NCBI GenBank assembly: GCA_963514005.1
Contig: OY740808.1
Span: forward strand, 23,746,001 to 23,810,000
Reading direction: 5' to 3'
Length of the DNA stretch: 64,000 nt
Source: Raja brachyura
Lineage: Eukaryota
A model generated the notes under the pieces. The model was not told where the DNA came from, ran no database searches, and worked only from the letters and a program-made list of their open reading frames with translations. Both the position numbers and the translations under genes were made by a program. Shown here piece by piece: positions 1 through 14,480 of the stretch. Every line of letters begins with the position of its first letter. The first letter of the stretch is position 1.

Positions 1-915
1 GCAGCTCCACCTCACGTCAAATCAAAAGAAAAGAATATTGGTAACCTATACTACAACATTCATTCGCTGTTAGAAATATAACGAGCAGCAGAATTACTTT
101 TAATTACTGAAAATTGAACACCACCACCAATGATCACAATAATCACGAACATTAGGTCTCACCGGTGTAATGGAGACTTTAACAAAAGACCATAAGGGCT
201 ATAAATACACACCCATGCAATTCTCCATGGTGAACAACAGTATTAACTTGCGATGTTTTTAGATCAATATGAAACTGGTTTAAGAATATTGTCAGAGCCA
301 TATAAAACTGCTCACACATGCACATGCCACTCAGGAATAAAGGCTTCTTATAGTATCGACAGGAGCCAATGAACTGTCAGAAGATGGAAGAAGTATTTGC
401 CACAATACGAGCATGAGTTAAAAATCGCATGGAAGCTTATCTTTCCTCCATTTTCTCATTTCATTTCAGAAGCCAGAATTCCATTTTGGCAAATTTCATA
501 AGTTATGCGCAGAATTAAGCTATTCGGCCCATCCAGTCGACTCCGTCATTCAATCGTGACTGATCTATCTTTCCCCCTCAACCCCATTCTCCTGCCTTCT
601 TCTCATAACCTTTGACACCATTACTAATCAATCTCCACTTTAAAAATACACAATTACAGCTTCCACAGCCGTCTGTGGCAATGAATTCCACAGATTCACC
701 ACCCTCTGACTAAAGAAATTCCTCATCACCTTTCTAAAGGTACGTCATTTTATTCTGAGGCTGTGCCTCCTGGTCCTAGACTCTCCCACCAGTGGAAACA
801 CACTCTATCCAAGCCTTTCACTATTCGGTAAGTTTCAATGAGGCTCCCCCTCATCCTTCAAAACTCCAGCGAGCACAGGCCCAGAGCCTTCAAACGCTCA
901 TCATACTTTAACCCA

Positions 916-1691
916 AAATCAAAGTCAATTTTATTCGATGAATTTGCCAGCAGTGATACAATTAAAAACACACAATAAGATTTAACACAAACATTCACCA
1001 CAGCATTCTTCACTGTGGTGGAAGGCACAAAGTTCAGTCAGTCCTCCTCCTTTGTTCATCCGTGGTCGGGGCAATGAACCCTCGTGGACGCCTCTACGGA
1101 CAGCCCGATGTACAGGCCTTCTCGTCGGGATGATGAAAACTCTGACGTCGGGATGGACGGACACTCTGCGGCTTGGAGTACCCGACTCAGCACTTTCCTA
1201 CCGGAGATCGCGGCTTCAGGATGTTATAGGCCGCAGGTCGGAGCTCTTCTCTGGCGATCCCCGGCGAGGGATCCCAGGCTCCGGATGGTAAGTCCACGCC
1301 GCACCCGCGGCTAGAAGCTCCGCAGACCACGAATTCAGGATGTGACAGTCCGCGGGCCAATGATCGGAGCACTCCTCTCTGGTGACCCCCGGCAAGGGTT
1401 TGCCAAATACACGATGGAAAGTCCACGCAGCACCTGCTGCTGAAGCTCTGGTCCTGACTCCGGGAAAGGCCGCTCCAATCTATGGTGTTAGACCGTGAGG
1501 GAGGCAACATGGAAAAAGTCGCCTCTCCTTCAAGGAGGCGACCAAAAGCGGTTACACCCTTTCCCCCCCCCCCCCCCCCTCCCCTCACACAAGACATACC
1601 AAGAGACACTAAAACAGACATTTGGACACACTAAAAAAAATTCAAAATAACGAACACGCTGCTGGCAGGGCAGCCGACTCCCAGCGCCCCG
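916..1691 (-). mobile_element. Non-autonomous LINE-derived element with GC-rich body; related to 25632-26406
   Basis: Shared block ACACAAACAT(T)CA(C/T)CACAG..CACTGTG(G/A)TGGAAGGCA; minus-strand AATAAA plus short-repeat tail; no coding motifs. Confidence 0.55.
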
Positions 1692-2069
1692 ACTGACTAT
1701 ATACCCTTTAATGAAATCTGACAATGCACTATCATTCTCATAAACCTCCTTGGGTCCCTCTCCAACGCCAAGATATTTAGCTGCCCATACCCCTACCCCC
1801 TCAACCTTCCAATGTAATGACAATCCTGCTTAATCAACCCTACCTTCGTTTGCTTAACAGTTATGGACCGACAGCTAGATCATCCCAAAACACGTAATGC
1901 CTTGGTTAAAACTTGGAACAATGCACAAGAGTGGAACATAGCGATGTTACTGTTGATGCATTATGTTTTATGATATATTAAAATAACAGGTAATACCATA
2001 AACCAAATTATTAATCTACCTTGAGAGTTGCATTCCGCACCTTCAGACAAATACTGAAATAGTCAGCTA

Positions 2070-3590
2070 CAGTGCCCTCCATAATGCTTGGGACAAAGAC
2101 TCATTATTTACTTATTTGCCTCTGTACTCCACAATTTGAGATTTATAAAAGAAAAAAACACATGTGATTAAAATGCACAGTGTCAGATTTTATTAAAGGG
2201 TATTTTTATACATTTTGATTTCACCATGATGAACTATCAGCTGTGTTTATACATAGTCCCCCCATTTCAAGGCATCATAATGTTTGGGACACATGGCTTC
2301 ATAGGTGTTTGTAATTGCACAGGTGTGTTTAATTGCCTCCTTAATGCTGGTATAAGAGAGCTCTCAGCACCTAGTCTTTCCTCCAGTCTTCCCATCATCT
2401 TTGGAAACTTTTATTGTTGTTTATCAACATGAGGACCAAAGTTGTGCCAATGAAAGTCAAAAAGCCATTATGAGACTGAGAAACACGAATAAAACTGTTA
2501 AGAGATATCAGCCAAACATTAGGCTTACCATAACTAACTGTTTGGAACATCATTAAGAAGAAAGAGAGCACTGGTGAGCTTACTAATCGCAAATGGACTG
2601 GCAGGCCAAGGAAGACCTCCACTGCTGATGACAGAAGAATTCTCTCTACAATAAAGAAAAAAACCCAAACACCTGTCCGACAGATCAGAAGCACTCTTCA
2701 GTAGTCAGGTGTGGATTTGTCATTGACCAATGTCCACGGAAGACTTCATGAACAGAAATACATAGGCTACACTGCAAGATGCAAACCACTGGTTAGCCGC
2801 AAAAACAGGATGGCTGGGTTACAGTTTTCCAAGAAGTACTTAAAAGAACAACCACAGACTTATGGACAGATGAGATGAAGATTAACCTATATCAGAGTGA
2901 TGGCTTATCTTTATTGATGATACAACTGCTGATGGTAGTAACATAATGAATTCTGAAGTGTATATACACATCCTTTCTGCTCAAGTTCAAACAAATGTCT
3001 CAAAACGCATTGGCCGGCGGTTCATTCTACAGCAAGACAATGATCCCAAACATACTGCTAAAGCAACAAAGGAGTTTTTCAAAGCTAACAAACGGTCAAT
3101 TCTTGAGTGGCCAAGTCAGTCACCTGATCTGAACCCAATTGAACATGCTTTTTATATGCTGAAGAGAAAACTGAAGGGGACTAGACTCCAAAACAAGCAT
3201 AAGTTAAAGATAGCTGCAATACAGGCCTGGCAGAGCATCACCAGAGAAGACACCCGGCAACTGGTGATGTCCACGAATCACAGATTTCAAGCAGTCAATG
3301 CATGCAAAGAATAGGCAACAAAATACTAAACATGACTACTTTCATTTACATTACATTGTTGTGTCCCAAACATTATGGTGCCCTGAAATGGGTGGGGGGG
3401 GACGGGACTATGTATAAAACTGTTGTAATTTCTACATGGTGAAACCAAAATGTAGAAAAATGGCCTTTATTAAAATCTGACAATGTGCACTTTAACCACA
3501 TGTGACTTTTTCCATTACAAATCTCAAATTGTGGAGTACAGAGGCAAATAAATAAATGGGTCTTTGTCCCAAACATTATGGAGGGCACTG
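2070..3590 (+). mobile_element. Tc1/mariner transposon (IR/DR type) with decayed, internally deleted transposase
   Basis: TA|CAGTGCCCTCCATAATG ... CATTATGGAGGGCACTG|TA; ~220-bp TIRs with inner direct repeat ATAATGTTTGGGACA; ORF 2946..3314 has QQDNDPKHT and WPSQSPDLNPIEH. Confidence 0.95.
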
Positions 3591-6245
3591 TATTTAGCAA
3601 AAGTACTGTACAAAAGTGGCTTTGAACTATAACTCTAATCCTTTTATGCAGCAAAGGATTAATTGGTATACATTTTCTGCAAACACAACCATGGTGTTTA
3701 CATTAACACTTCCAATGAAATATGTCCTGATATAATTGAGAACATTACATTCAATACATTTTATGAGGCAAGGGCAATAACAAGCAAATAATATGCAAAC
3801 AAGCAATTCAGGTGAATGCAATTCATCAAATTGGAGTCGTATATGGTGGCTGCAATGTGGCAAATTGAGATTTCTGAGTAGTGTAAGTAGTCAGTCACAA
3901 ATTGTAAAGGCAGATTCTGTTTTCATCTTCATATTTTAGTTCTCATTACTGTTATTGGTGTTTTCAATATTGCTTTCTGCACATTTAACTCCAAATCCAT
4001 GGCACTTGTACCAGCATGAATTTCCCACCTACCATGACATTTAAAAATAAGCATTTATAAATAACTTTGCTGCACAAAACAAGTTTTGGAAACACTGCTT
4101 TTGCAACCAATTTACGTACATCCTGGGATTCCAATATCTTTAGTAAACTAACAGTATAGGATCATGTACTTATTATTACTTCAGGGCAACTTTGAACAAG
4201 GTTAACAATTGCAATATTAGTTTCTGGAAATAAAACGTCCAGTCAATTTTAAAGCAATAGTTCTCAGTTAAAAATTATTTGAATTCATTTAACTGACAAT
4301 TGCATTTTGTTTAGCCATTACCTGCTATATACTGTGACAATGGAACTTACAAATGGTTTCAGGCACAATTACCCCACCTGTCGATGATTTTGGTCTCCTT
4401 TTCTTTCCTACTGATCCCACATTGCAAACACACTAAACAATTCAATTTCCTAACCACTGCACAACTGGATAACAAAAACAAAAAATCAAAATAAACTTAT
4501 GGGCTACTGCTTTAGCTGCTCTTTAGTTTATTATTATTGTCATGTGTACCGAGGTACAGGGAAAAGCTTTTATTGCGTGCTATCCAGTCAAAGCCTATAC
4601 ATGATTACAATCAAGCCATCCACGGTGTACAGATAAAGGGTACAACATTCAGTCCAATTAAAGCTTTGCCATGCGCGGCCTTTTTTCTGACCTCACCAAC
4701 ATAATTTATTTACAAGGCTATGAGTAAATTATCTTAATAAAGTTAGACCCTAGATGAAATGAGAGATGAGATATTTTTATTGCCACATGTGACAAGTCAT
4801 AGTGAGATGCTTTGCTTTACATACCTCGGCATACAAACAACAACAATTAACTGAGAGTTCCACTTAAAAAAGTTGTCACTTCTCACAGGAGGCAAAAGCA
4901 GCTCATAATTTCAAGTGTAACAAATAAGCAGAATTACATTTACTCAATCTGCAAGTGGACTTTTGAGATTCATCAATACCAGCAGTGCTCACGAGTTGTT
5001 CAGCTCGCTGAGATAAATTATATATTCAGTGCAGCAACTGATCATTAAACCCTTCTGATTCTTCCACATAATTATCCTTGAAGATTATTAGTAAAATTAT
5101 AGTCAAGTCAAATGATATTTGCAAATTTTACATCAACATTGAGGATACTTGATATTTTTTCTTTTTCGGTCACAGCAAGACGCGAGAGGCCACGTTTGAA
5201 CAATAAAGACATCAGTTATCCATAATCAGTATAATATGTTGAGTTCTTATCATCGTGCAATAGGAAGAACATCATAAAACCATAAATTATAAAAGGCCAC
5301 AAAGGAGATTTATGAAAGTGATGCCAGATTTGGGCTATGAAGATGAATTAACTCTTCTGGAATTGTTTGTTTGGTAAGAGACTGAAAAGAAACATAACGG
5401 AGGTTTACAGGATAATTAGAGGCCTGGATAGAATAAATATTAAGAGCCCAACTTCCTTATCACAGAGGTCAATAACTAAGGGAAACCGATTTAAAGCACT
5501 TGCAGAAGTGCTAATGGAAATTTCGCCTTTTTTCATCTGGAGGTTAGTAGGACTCCAGAACTCACTGCCTGAAATGGTAACAGAGGCAGAAACTCCGATA
5601 ACATTCGGGAAATTAAGACGGATGAGTGCTTTATGTGTCCTAGCCTAAGGATTGGTAATTAGATAAGGATGTACATCATTTGTTCAACTTGTTCAACTCA
5701 AAGGCTGAATGATTTTGCCAGGGTCATAAAAGTCCATGGTCTATCCAGCAAAGTCCCTAATTTCTAGCTTCATTCTAATTAACCCATTTGGTCTCATCTC
5801 TTTTATCAAATTCTCTTTGTCCTAACCCTCTCTCATCCACCTATACTCCAACTTTAAAATAACTGTTTCCCACAATAGCAATGCGTTTTGGACCTTAAAC
5901 GATAACTCCTCTTCTTTCCACAGATGCTGCCTAACCTCCTGAGTGTTCGCAAATGTAGCATTTTTATTTGCATCTCCAATTTTGTTTATTTTTTGGTTAT
6001 CATTCCAGGAAATCTGCTCTACCCAAAAATGAACATGACAGTAAACTAAATCTTAGCAGTCCTACTTTCAACTTCCTCATCAAAATATCTACTATCCCCA
6101 TCACAAAGTTACACTAGAATTCATTGCAAATGAAGACAGTATTCTGGTTCACCTGCAACTTGTTTGTTAATGAAGCTATCCAAGCCACCTGAGCCTGTGC
6201 TGCTAAATGGCAAGTTACACAATACCCACACTCAAGAAAGACTAA

Positions 6246-6472
6246 AGGGTCTTTCCCACTTTCATGACCTAATTCACGACCTCTGCCGAGTTTGCCCTTG
6301 ACTCATACTCGCAGCATGGTCGTCACAAGGTCATAGGAGGTCTTAGGAGGTCGTGATGCTAGTTGTAGGTACTCGTGGTATCAAGTAGGCCGCAGCGTTT
6401 TTTCTAGCCTGATCAAAGAAATCCACGAGTAAAAAAGGTTGTGAATTAGGTCGTGAAAGTGGGACAGGCCCT
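6246..6472. mobile_element. PIF/Harbinger-type MITE
   Basis: ~35-bp imperfect TIRs AGGG(T/C)CT(T/G)TCCCACTTTCA(T/C)GACCTAATTCAC; 3-bp TAA TSD at 6243-6245 and 6473-6475. Confidence 0.85.
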
Positions 6473-7312
6473 TAACTGTTTTCCCTTGGCATTGTAAAGT
6501 ATTATTATTTCCATGTTCCCCATCATTTCTCTATCAAGTCTCTATCCTATTATATACACCTGTGGTAACTGGTGCAGTTCGGAGGCTGTATACAGTGGTT
6601 GATGGTTCAGTTAGTGAAAGAGCAAATGAAGTGTGGAAAACTTAATTCCATTTGTTTGATAGAACCTTGACACCACCCAGAAAAATGTAGTCATCTTCAT
6701 CAGTACTCCATTCACTAACATCAACGCCCATCTCTTTCCACCATCATCAGCACTTGTCACTCCCCTTTATATCATTTACAGGTAGAACTGCAGCAATTTG
6801 ACAAGATTTCTCCAGCAAATACTTTGAAAACCATTATTTTGACCGCTGAGAAAGAAAAGGCTAAAGATGCACAAGAACATTGCTGCCCCCAAGTTACACA
6901 TTATGCTGAGATATATCATTAGCCTTTCATTGTCATTGGATAATCCTGGAAAAAAATGTACTCATGTTACTATGAGAATACATTGATACTACAGAAAGCT
7001 GAAGAGAAAGACCACCACAACGAGGCCTACACAATATTGTCACCTAAATGAACACAGCAGCAGGGCAATTTTCATCACAGTTAACTTCTTGTTGAATGTA
7101 GACTAATACTCTTAATACACACTCTACCAATTTTGACTTTAGTGATTGGCTTACATGACCAACAATTAATTAGTCACTAAACATATAACAAATTAAAAAT
7201 ATCACATAACAAATATGCTGTCATTTCTACAACCGATTATACAGGAAAAAAAACATTAATTGCCAATAAACCAAAGATACCTTAAATATGCATATTAAAC
7301 AGTTTATCTTAC

Positions 7313-7459
7313 CTCATCACCTTTCAGAACTTCTGTGCCGTCAAAATCACGAGCCTGATTTGATTTCTGAGCCAGTTCCTTCTCCATGCTCAAAAGTTCT
7401 TCTCTGCATTCTTGCAACTCTTCAGCCTTTGCCTCTTTTTTTCGGGAAATGATAGAAGC
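7313..7459 (-). CDS. IFT81: IFT81 coding exon 10 ([49 protein letters not shown]); gene continues beyond the window start
   Basis: AG/GT bounded, 147 nt; lies within ORF 7304..7510. Confidence 0.96.
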
Positions 7460-8707
7460 CTGGGTGAAAATTAAATTGTTACTTTGGAATTTGATCACTT
7501 CTAACAGCATAGGAGTATAATTTCAAAAGCAGACGATGGAAATCAGAAACAATACAAAATACTCATTACATTATGCAAGCATGTATTTTTGTTATTCGCT
7601 CAAACACAAGTCAAAGTACTGCATACAATTTCTAGAGAAAAGCCTAAAGCTACAAACCCCATGCACAGACTTCTACATGGCTGGTCCCAGTAATTGGCAA
7701 CCTTCCTCAAGAACCTACTCCAGAATGACATATAGAGATAGTTATACCATGTCCAGACTTAACTGCCTCTAACATTCCATTACTGTACATTCAAAAAATT
7801 ATAAACTCTTCAGAAAATAAGTCAATGAGCTGCACGCGAACAAGGAATTTCATGACGATTAACTAATCTGAATCTAGGTTTGTAACAAATCACAACGTAA
7901 GATGACAAGAAAATAGGAATAAAAGTAGGCCACTCTTCTCAAGCCTACCCACTATTTATATTTGAGCTGTCTAAAGCCTCACCTCTTCATCAGCGCTCAA
8001 ATCACCAATCTTTAAAAAATGTATTGACCCAAGAATTTCCTTTGCATCTCGGTTTTAAATAACCCACAAGCCCCCAATTTGTAACTCTGTCCCCTCATTC
8101 ATATTTCCCACACAACTAGAAATGTCTTGATATCATGTCTCCTTAGGATATCACATTTCAATAAGATCACCCCTCATCCTTCTAAATTAAAGAAAATATC
8201 TTATTTTTGATTGCCTCCAGTGCTTTGCATTTTTTTAAATCAAATAAGGAGGACCAAAGTAAATCTACATCTAGCTGGCAAAATCACAGATGTCCAGCTA
8301 AGAATACTTTCAAAGGAAGAAGTGAAAGTCCATTTTTGGAGGGGGTGGTATATAGGGATAAATACCGACTGGAGGACATATTACCAGTATTAAGCTTCAT
8401 ACTAGCAGCTTCTGCAATAGATTACACGTTATTGAGCAATTTAATTCCATACAGTGGTAAACTGTAAGGGCTACCATTAGTTATTAATGAAGAATATCAC
8501 TATATCTGCCAGAGACAAGTTCCCAGAGTGATATCAATCCAGAACTTCAGTAGCTCCAGTAGCCAAGCCAATGGGGCTGTATCACATTAATCAACTAACT
8601 ACCATACCAAAAATTAGTTCTCCATTAAACATATTAGTCCATACAGATACCTATCTAGAAATATATCTAGAGCTCACCTTCTATACTAATGTTTACATTT
8701 TCATTAC

Positions 8708-8803
8708 CTGCTGGCGGAAGAGGAAAAGCTTGTCATCCATGGGATCATTTCTCATCATCTTCTTTTCAATTAGTTGATTAATTTGTGTATTAATTTCCTG
8801 GAT
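8708..8803 (-). CDS. IFT81: IFT81 coding exon 9 ([32 protein letters not shown])
   Basis: AG/GT bounded, 96 nt. Confidence 0.95.
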
Positions 8804-9725
8804 CTAAAAAAAAGTAATATCAACAGAGACAGGCTTTGAGTTTGTAAAAAAGTACTAACAAAATTGAGAGAGAGTATAACTTTGCAAGCATAGTGCAGTA
8901 AAGTTCCCCGTATGGCTATTTCACAACAGCAGCAATATCTTGAAACACTTGGAAGTCGAGCAGCATTTGTGGAGAGAAACACAGTTATCACTTCAAGTTA
9001 ATGTAATAAATGTTTATTGAACTGAAAAGTTTGTGAGTAGATCAATATATTGCAGAAAGTTCCTTGAAATGCCACAAGTGGTGAAGAGTTCCAATCATAA
9101 AATTTAAAAAATGATGGAAAAAATATAGTATCTAGTATTATAAGAAAGTATTCAGCATTTAGGTTAATTATTCTTTAAATTTGTTTGTGGGGGACTATTT
9201 TTTATTACAAACGAAGGCAAAGGCTCATACCTGCTGTCAAAAAACTTCTAGGATTAAGACCTGCTGTTTTTGACAGTATATTCCCATGCACCATAGAGCC
9301 TCACTAATTAGTAGCAGGCTTCGGAGAACTGGTTGTTGATCCTTTCCTCCAACAAATGTATATCTCTGACAGGAGTTTTGAGCTGTGTCATGTGGCGAGG
9401 CAAACATAAGAAGGACCTAGTTGCATGCATTGAATAGAGCTATTAAATTTCTTCTTGGTGAGAGTATTATGTAGTTATCTACAATTGGAGAATTCAATGT
9501 TCATACCATTGGTTTGTAAGCTACCCAAGTGGAATATGAGGTGTTATGTAAAGGAAATATTCCTGACGTTTTACCAAATTGTGAGGGCAGAAATTGTAAT
9601 TTCCCTTTCATTTTTATGTATTATTCTATAGAATTTAACAAGCCTAGAATGTTTGCTCTCCAGTTGGGACACTATAGTCGTCATTCTGTCTAGGAAATGG
9701 CTTAAAAAAGGTCACATCACAGCAC

Positions 9726-9889
9726 CTTAGCTTCAAGTTCGCTGAGATCAGATTGTCCCATTGCAGGTTCCACAACAACTTTTTGTAAAAAATGAACAGT
9801 TTTCTTCTTGCTCTCCAATTCCTTAGGAAGCTTGTCAGACACCATATACGTATTAAATTTGATCTCCTCATCCAGCCTTTTCATCAAAC
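9726..9889 (-). CDS. IFT81: IFT81 coding exon 8 ([55 protein letters not shown])
   Basis: AG/GT bounded, 164 nt; lies within ORF 9717..9902. Confidence 0.96.
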
Positions 9890-10727
9890 CTGAAATGAAC
9901 ATTCAGTTATTACTAGGCATTCATTATGTTAATCACCAAACTAAAACTATGCAGATTAACTGATTGGTTATTTTGAATTGTTTTATTTTTGTTCTATTAA
10001 AATACCACATTGCTCAGGATGGAAACATTTGAAACTTTGTTATTTATAAGCATCACAATTCAAAAATGCCTAAATCCACCCTCACTTCTGTGGAAAGATT
10101 TCAATAATCCTCGCAGTCTCATTGTTTGGCAGATCACCTCAACCTCCTAAAACAGAATGACATTTTTGTTTCATCATGCAACAACTCTGCCTTCTACTGG
10201 CTGATTGCGAGGTTTCACTTATGGAGAACTATTTATCAGGTACAAATCTTTATAACAAAGTCTGCACTCGCTCAAGGTAGCTCAACACCGCCTTCTTAAG
10301 GGCAATTAAATGTGAGGCATTACCAGCAATGCCCATTTCCAATGAATGAATAAGTGTCTGTGTCTGTGTGTGGCACATGCAAGCATTCTTCACTGCCTGT
10401 GCAACAGAGCCTTGTCTCCAATCATTAGGGACCTCCTTGCCACTGAACTAAAATCTTGCTATATCAAAACCATCTAGTAACAAGAGTGCACCAATTAACC
10501 CACTTCAGAGGAATTCACAAAAGGCATAATCAATTCCTCAGAATTGGTGCAGAAGCAAGTGATAAACAAACTCAAGGATTTTCCCAAGCAGATAGATATC
10601 TTACCACAAGGCAGAGCTGCTTAATGAACAACCTAGTTTCTAGCCGATTTTTGGTACTAATCACAGGCTGTTTTCCCTGGCATTTCCATTTGAACACCTT
10701 GATTTACATGGTTTGGTCAGCACTTAC

Positions 10728-10812
10728 TTTCAGGCTTTGCATCAGCTGAAGCTTGTCGGAGGTCCTTCAACTGCTGTTGCGCCCTTTGCAGCCTTTGCTC
10801 TGCATGGAATAA
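10728..10812 (-). CDS. IFT81: IFT81 coding exon 7 ([28 protein letters not shown])
   Basis: AG/GT bounded, 85 nt, ends in phase 1. Confidence 0.95.
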
Positions 10813-11168
10813 CTGTAAAATTAAAAATACAATGTAAAGTTCAACAGAATAAAAATGGCAAATGATGACAAAAATATTTCCTCTGAATGGATTGTAACCA
10901 CGTGTGGTTTACTTTCATAACATCAACATGTCAACAGTCTTTCATATTTCGTACATCTTCCCCCATATGGTCTGTTATAGTGAGGGTTTACTGTACAATA
11001 AATGTAGTCATTGTAATTTTTTTTTACAGGGAGAATAAATTATAAGAATTTTGTAGTTTTCCTTCATGATTAAATTAATATGGTGGTACTATTCTAAACC
11101 TGTACTACTATTCAGAATAATTCTTCATGGCCTTGCATAACTTGTCATTTCTACTGCATTTCTCACAC

Positions 11169-11279
11169 CTGATTTTTCTGTTCCTGCTTTTGTTGCATTA
11201 AAGATTCTTCTCTTTCCTTCTCCACACGAAGCTGCCTAGCCATTTCCAACATCCGCTGGTGATTTGATACTGTGTCCAC
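11169..11279 (-). CDS. IFT81: IFT81 coding exon 6 ([37 protein letters not shown])
   Basis: AG/GT bounded, 111 nt, in frame. Confidence 0.95.
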
Positions 11280-11567
11280 CTAGTGAAAGCATGCAAACAT
11301 TGCTTTTTACTATTAACATCTTAAGAAAATATGTTACTATTAATAAGTAGCTGCATTGACAGTGTGGAATTCACACCAGTTACATGAAGTGCATTCATTA
11401 AGTATACATCTCCTTCCAGATATTAATTACTCCCAAGTCTCCGTTTAGTCAGATGTGTTATTCAATCTCTCCCTTAAGCATGTTTCTTCAATCCAGATCC
11501 ATGTTATTTTAACATGTGATAACTACAGCTGAGGAAATAATATCCTTACAATATAACTTAATCATAC

Positions 11568-11633
11568 CCTCTTTTTTAAACGCTCGACTCGCTTAATGAG
11601 TTGATCCTTCTCTTCCTCCATTGCATTTATATC
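11568..11633 (-). CDS. IFT81: IFT81 coding exon 5 (DINAMEEEKDQLIKRVERLKKR)
   Basis: AG/GT bounded, 66 nt, in frame. Confidence 0.95.
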
Positions 11634-14059
11634 CTGCCGATTCAACACAAAAATGTATTGCATTTAACTTGCATTTTAAGTTTTAGATATTTTTTTATAG
11701 GTTGAGTTTCACATTAAATACCAGACATCTCTGGTTTTCAGCAACAATTTATACATAACATCTTCTGCATGGTGACACATTAGAAATAATTCTGAAACAT
11801 AATTCTTTAACGTGATAACAGAAATGTATTACACAAAGTTAAACATAAAAAGTATTTGCCAGTCTTAGTGGTGACCATTTCAAAAGGATGGACTTGGACT
11901 TACACAGCTCCATTCACAACCTCAGCAGATGCTAGTGTTAATAAGTTCTTCTGCACGAACACCCATGACACTATAAAAAATATATACATCTACTTATGGG
12001 ACATGGTAAGTACAACAACAACATTTCAAAGACGCTTGGACAGGTACAGGGATAGGAAAAGTTTAGAGGGATAATGGGGCAAATGGGAATAGCTTAGAAG
12101 GGGGACCTTGGTTGGCATAGATGTTGGGCTGAAGGGCCTATTTCTGTGCTATACGACTCTATATAGCTGCTCTTCCACTTTTATTTTACATTAAATACCT
12201 CAGCCTCAAGACTAACAATTTGCCCCTGCTGCAGCACACAGAGAAAGTGAAAATCAGGTAGAGTCAATGTAGCTATTTCCACAAAACACCAAATTTAAAA
12301 AACTAGAAAAAAAATGTAATCAAGCACACCAGATGTGATGAATATCAGCAGTAAAAGATAACGTCAAATCAAGAGTCATGGAGTCATACTGCTTGTAAAC
12401 AGACCTTTCGGCCCAACTTGCCCATGCTGACCAAGATGGCTCCATCTACATAATGGTAACTCAATGCAAATTAATGCAGGAAATTAACTTTTGGAACACA
12501 TTTTGACAAACAAATTGGTTTGTGTATCAGTAGAATCTGCAATACCTTGCATAGTTTGGATACTTTGAATATACTCAATGAATTCAAGTTGGAGATTCAA
12601 ATTTAAACTACGACGGAATCAGGTATGGGGTGGGAGAGGGAAAGTAGTTTGTAGCCAAGAATGGATCAGTAACAATCTTATTCATGGACAAAATAGACTT
12701 AAAGGGACAATTGGCCTAATGCTGCTCCTGTTTCTTATGCTCTTGTGAGTGCTATTGTCTTTCTGAATGACACCCCCCCGTCCCAGGAAAGGATCACAAG
12801 AGGCGAGTTTCAGTGTAAAATTGGCTTCCACAAGTATAGATATTTATCATTGCATACTTCTAAAAAAATTGGTTCAAATTTAAGGGGTGATAAATACAAT
12901 CTCTACAATAGATAGATGGATAGGTATATTTGCATGGATAGGAGAGGTTGAGATGGATATGGGACAACAGGCAAATAGGACAAACCTAGATGTGGCATCT
13001 TGATTGGCGTGGATGATATGTGTCAAAGTGCCAGTTTCCGTGCTATTCGACTCTATAACACTACAATATCATATTGGTTTAATAGAACTGATGGATGAAT
13101 TCATGAAAGAATTTCCCACCGATTTGAAATTCAAAGTTTCTACTATCTTCTGAAACTGTGATTTTAACATTCTCATACTTGCCTTTGATCCTTGCATGAT
13201 TTTGTGGGATCCCAATAATATTTCTTATCTAGCATCTTCCACATCTCCAATTTTCATTGCTCCCCCTTTAGTAAGTCTGTCCTTAACTGTCCAGCCCCAA
13301 GATGTAAAATTCCCTTCCTAAACATCTCCACTTTTAAGACGATCAAGATAACCTACACATTTTGATCACTAGTCCAGTCTACTATTGTAGTCTAAAATTG
13401 CTTAGTATTACACTAAGGTTATTAACCATTCCTCTAAAGCACCTAGGTTAAAGGTACTACGTAAATACAAATAGTTGCAAAGATTTTAATTCTACAAACA
13501 GGTGAACACGATTTTCTTTTTAAACAGTTAGGCAAAACACAAGATTTAAATTTTGGCTAAAAGACAACTAAAGGAAAATGTATTACCACAGAACAAGCCA
13601 CAAAAAGAAACAAAAGCAGCAATGCTTCCTTATTTACTGCCACGCCAAAAATGTCATTAAAATATTTAAAGTTGAATAAAAATGAAAAGTCAGGAATTTA
13701 GAATAAAAGAAATGTTAATGGTACACTAAAAAAAATGCATGGAGGAATTTCAATTCTTGTGCATTCAGGCAAATATCCAAGAAATTGTCTTCCCACATCT
13801 GGAACTAGGAGTTATTAATGGGCTGGAAGATTCTGGAAAAATAACTTTTAAATGAATTTGTGGGAAATAAACCAAAGGCATTGATATAAATACTTCATAT
13901 TCAAATCACAAGGAAGTAATTGCAAGCATTGTTGAGTCACTATTTCAGGCGGTTAAAAGAAAAAATTACACTCATATGATCACACCAAGTCACACATAGC
14001 ATTTGACATATCCATATCCACATGCAAAAAAGGTACTTTGAATTGCAGTCATTGGTATA

Positions 14060-14480
14060 GCATAGAAAATTCCCACAAATCGCAGTTGGAGGAATGAACG
14101 TGTTTTACAAAGAAATCGCCTAATCTCCAATTGATTTCTCCAATGCAGAGTAGAACACACTGAACACCAAATAAGAAGAAATGAAAGTGAATCTCTGCTC
14201 CACTTGAAAAGACTTGTTGGATCCCAGGTTGGTGGGAAGAAAATAAGTGAAAGGGCAGGGTTGCATCTCCTGCAGTTGCATGCAAATACTGTAAAATGGG
14301 GATTAGCTGTTGGAAATTGAATCACTGACTAGAGTCAAGAAAGGATGGCCGCTTCACAATGCTGAAAGAGCAGGGGAATAAAATATGTATCTGATGGTGT
14401 AATCTTGTTAACGGCGGCAGTAATTGCAACGGTTGATCTGCTGTTTGTAAAGCCTGGTGGGGTGAAAGGCAAGAAACAGT
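14060..14480 (-). mobile_element. Decayed Penelope-like GIY-YIG fragment
   Basis: ORF 14049..14285 contains LCIGEINWRLGDFFVKH, resembling YIGETKRRLGDRFAEH. Confidence 0.65.

Noticed and set aside
1-7300. Further IFT81 exons (expected FKRYVNKLR...)
   Set aside because: No matching exon was found by eye; the region looks intronic and repeat-rich, so the gene probably continues outside the window.
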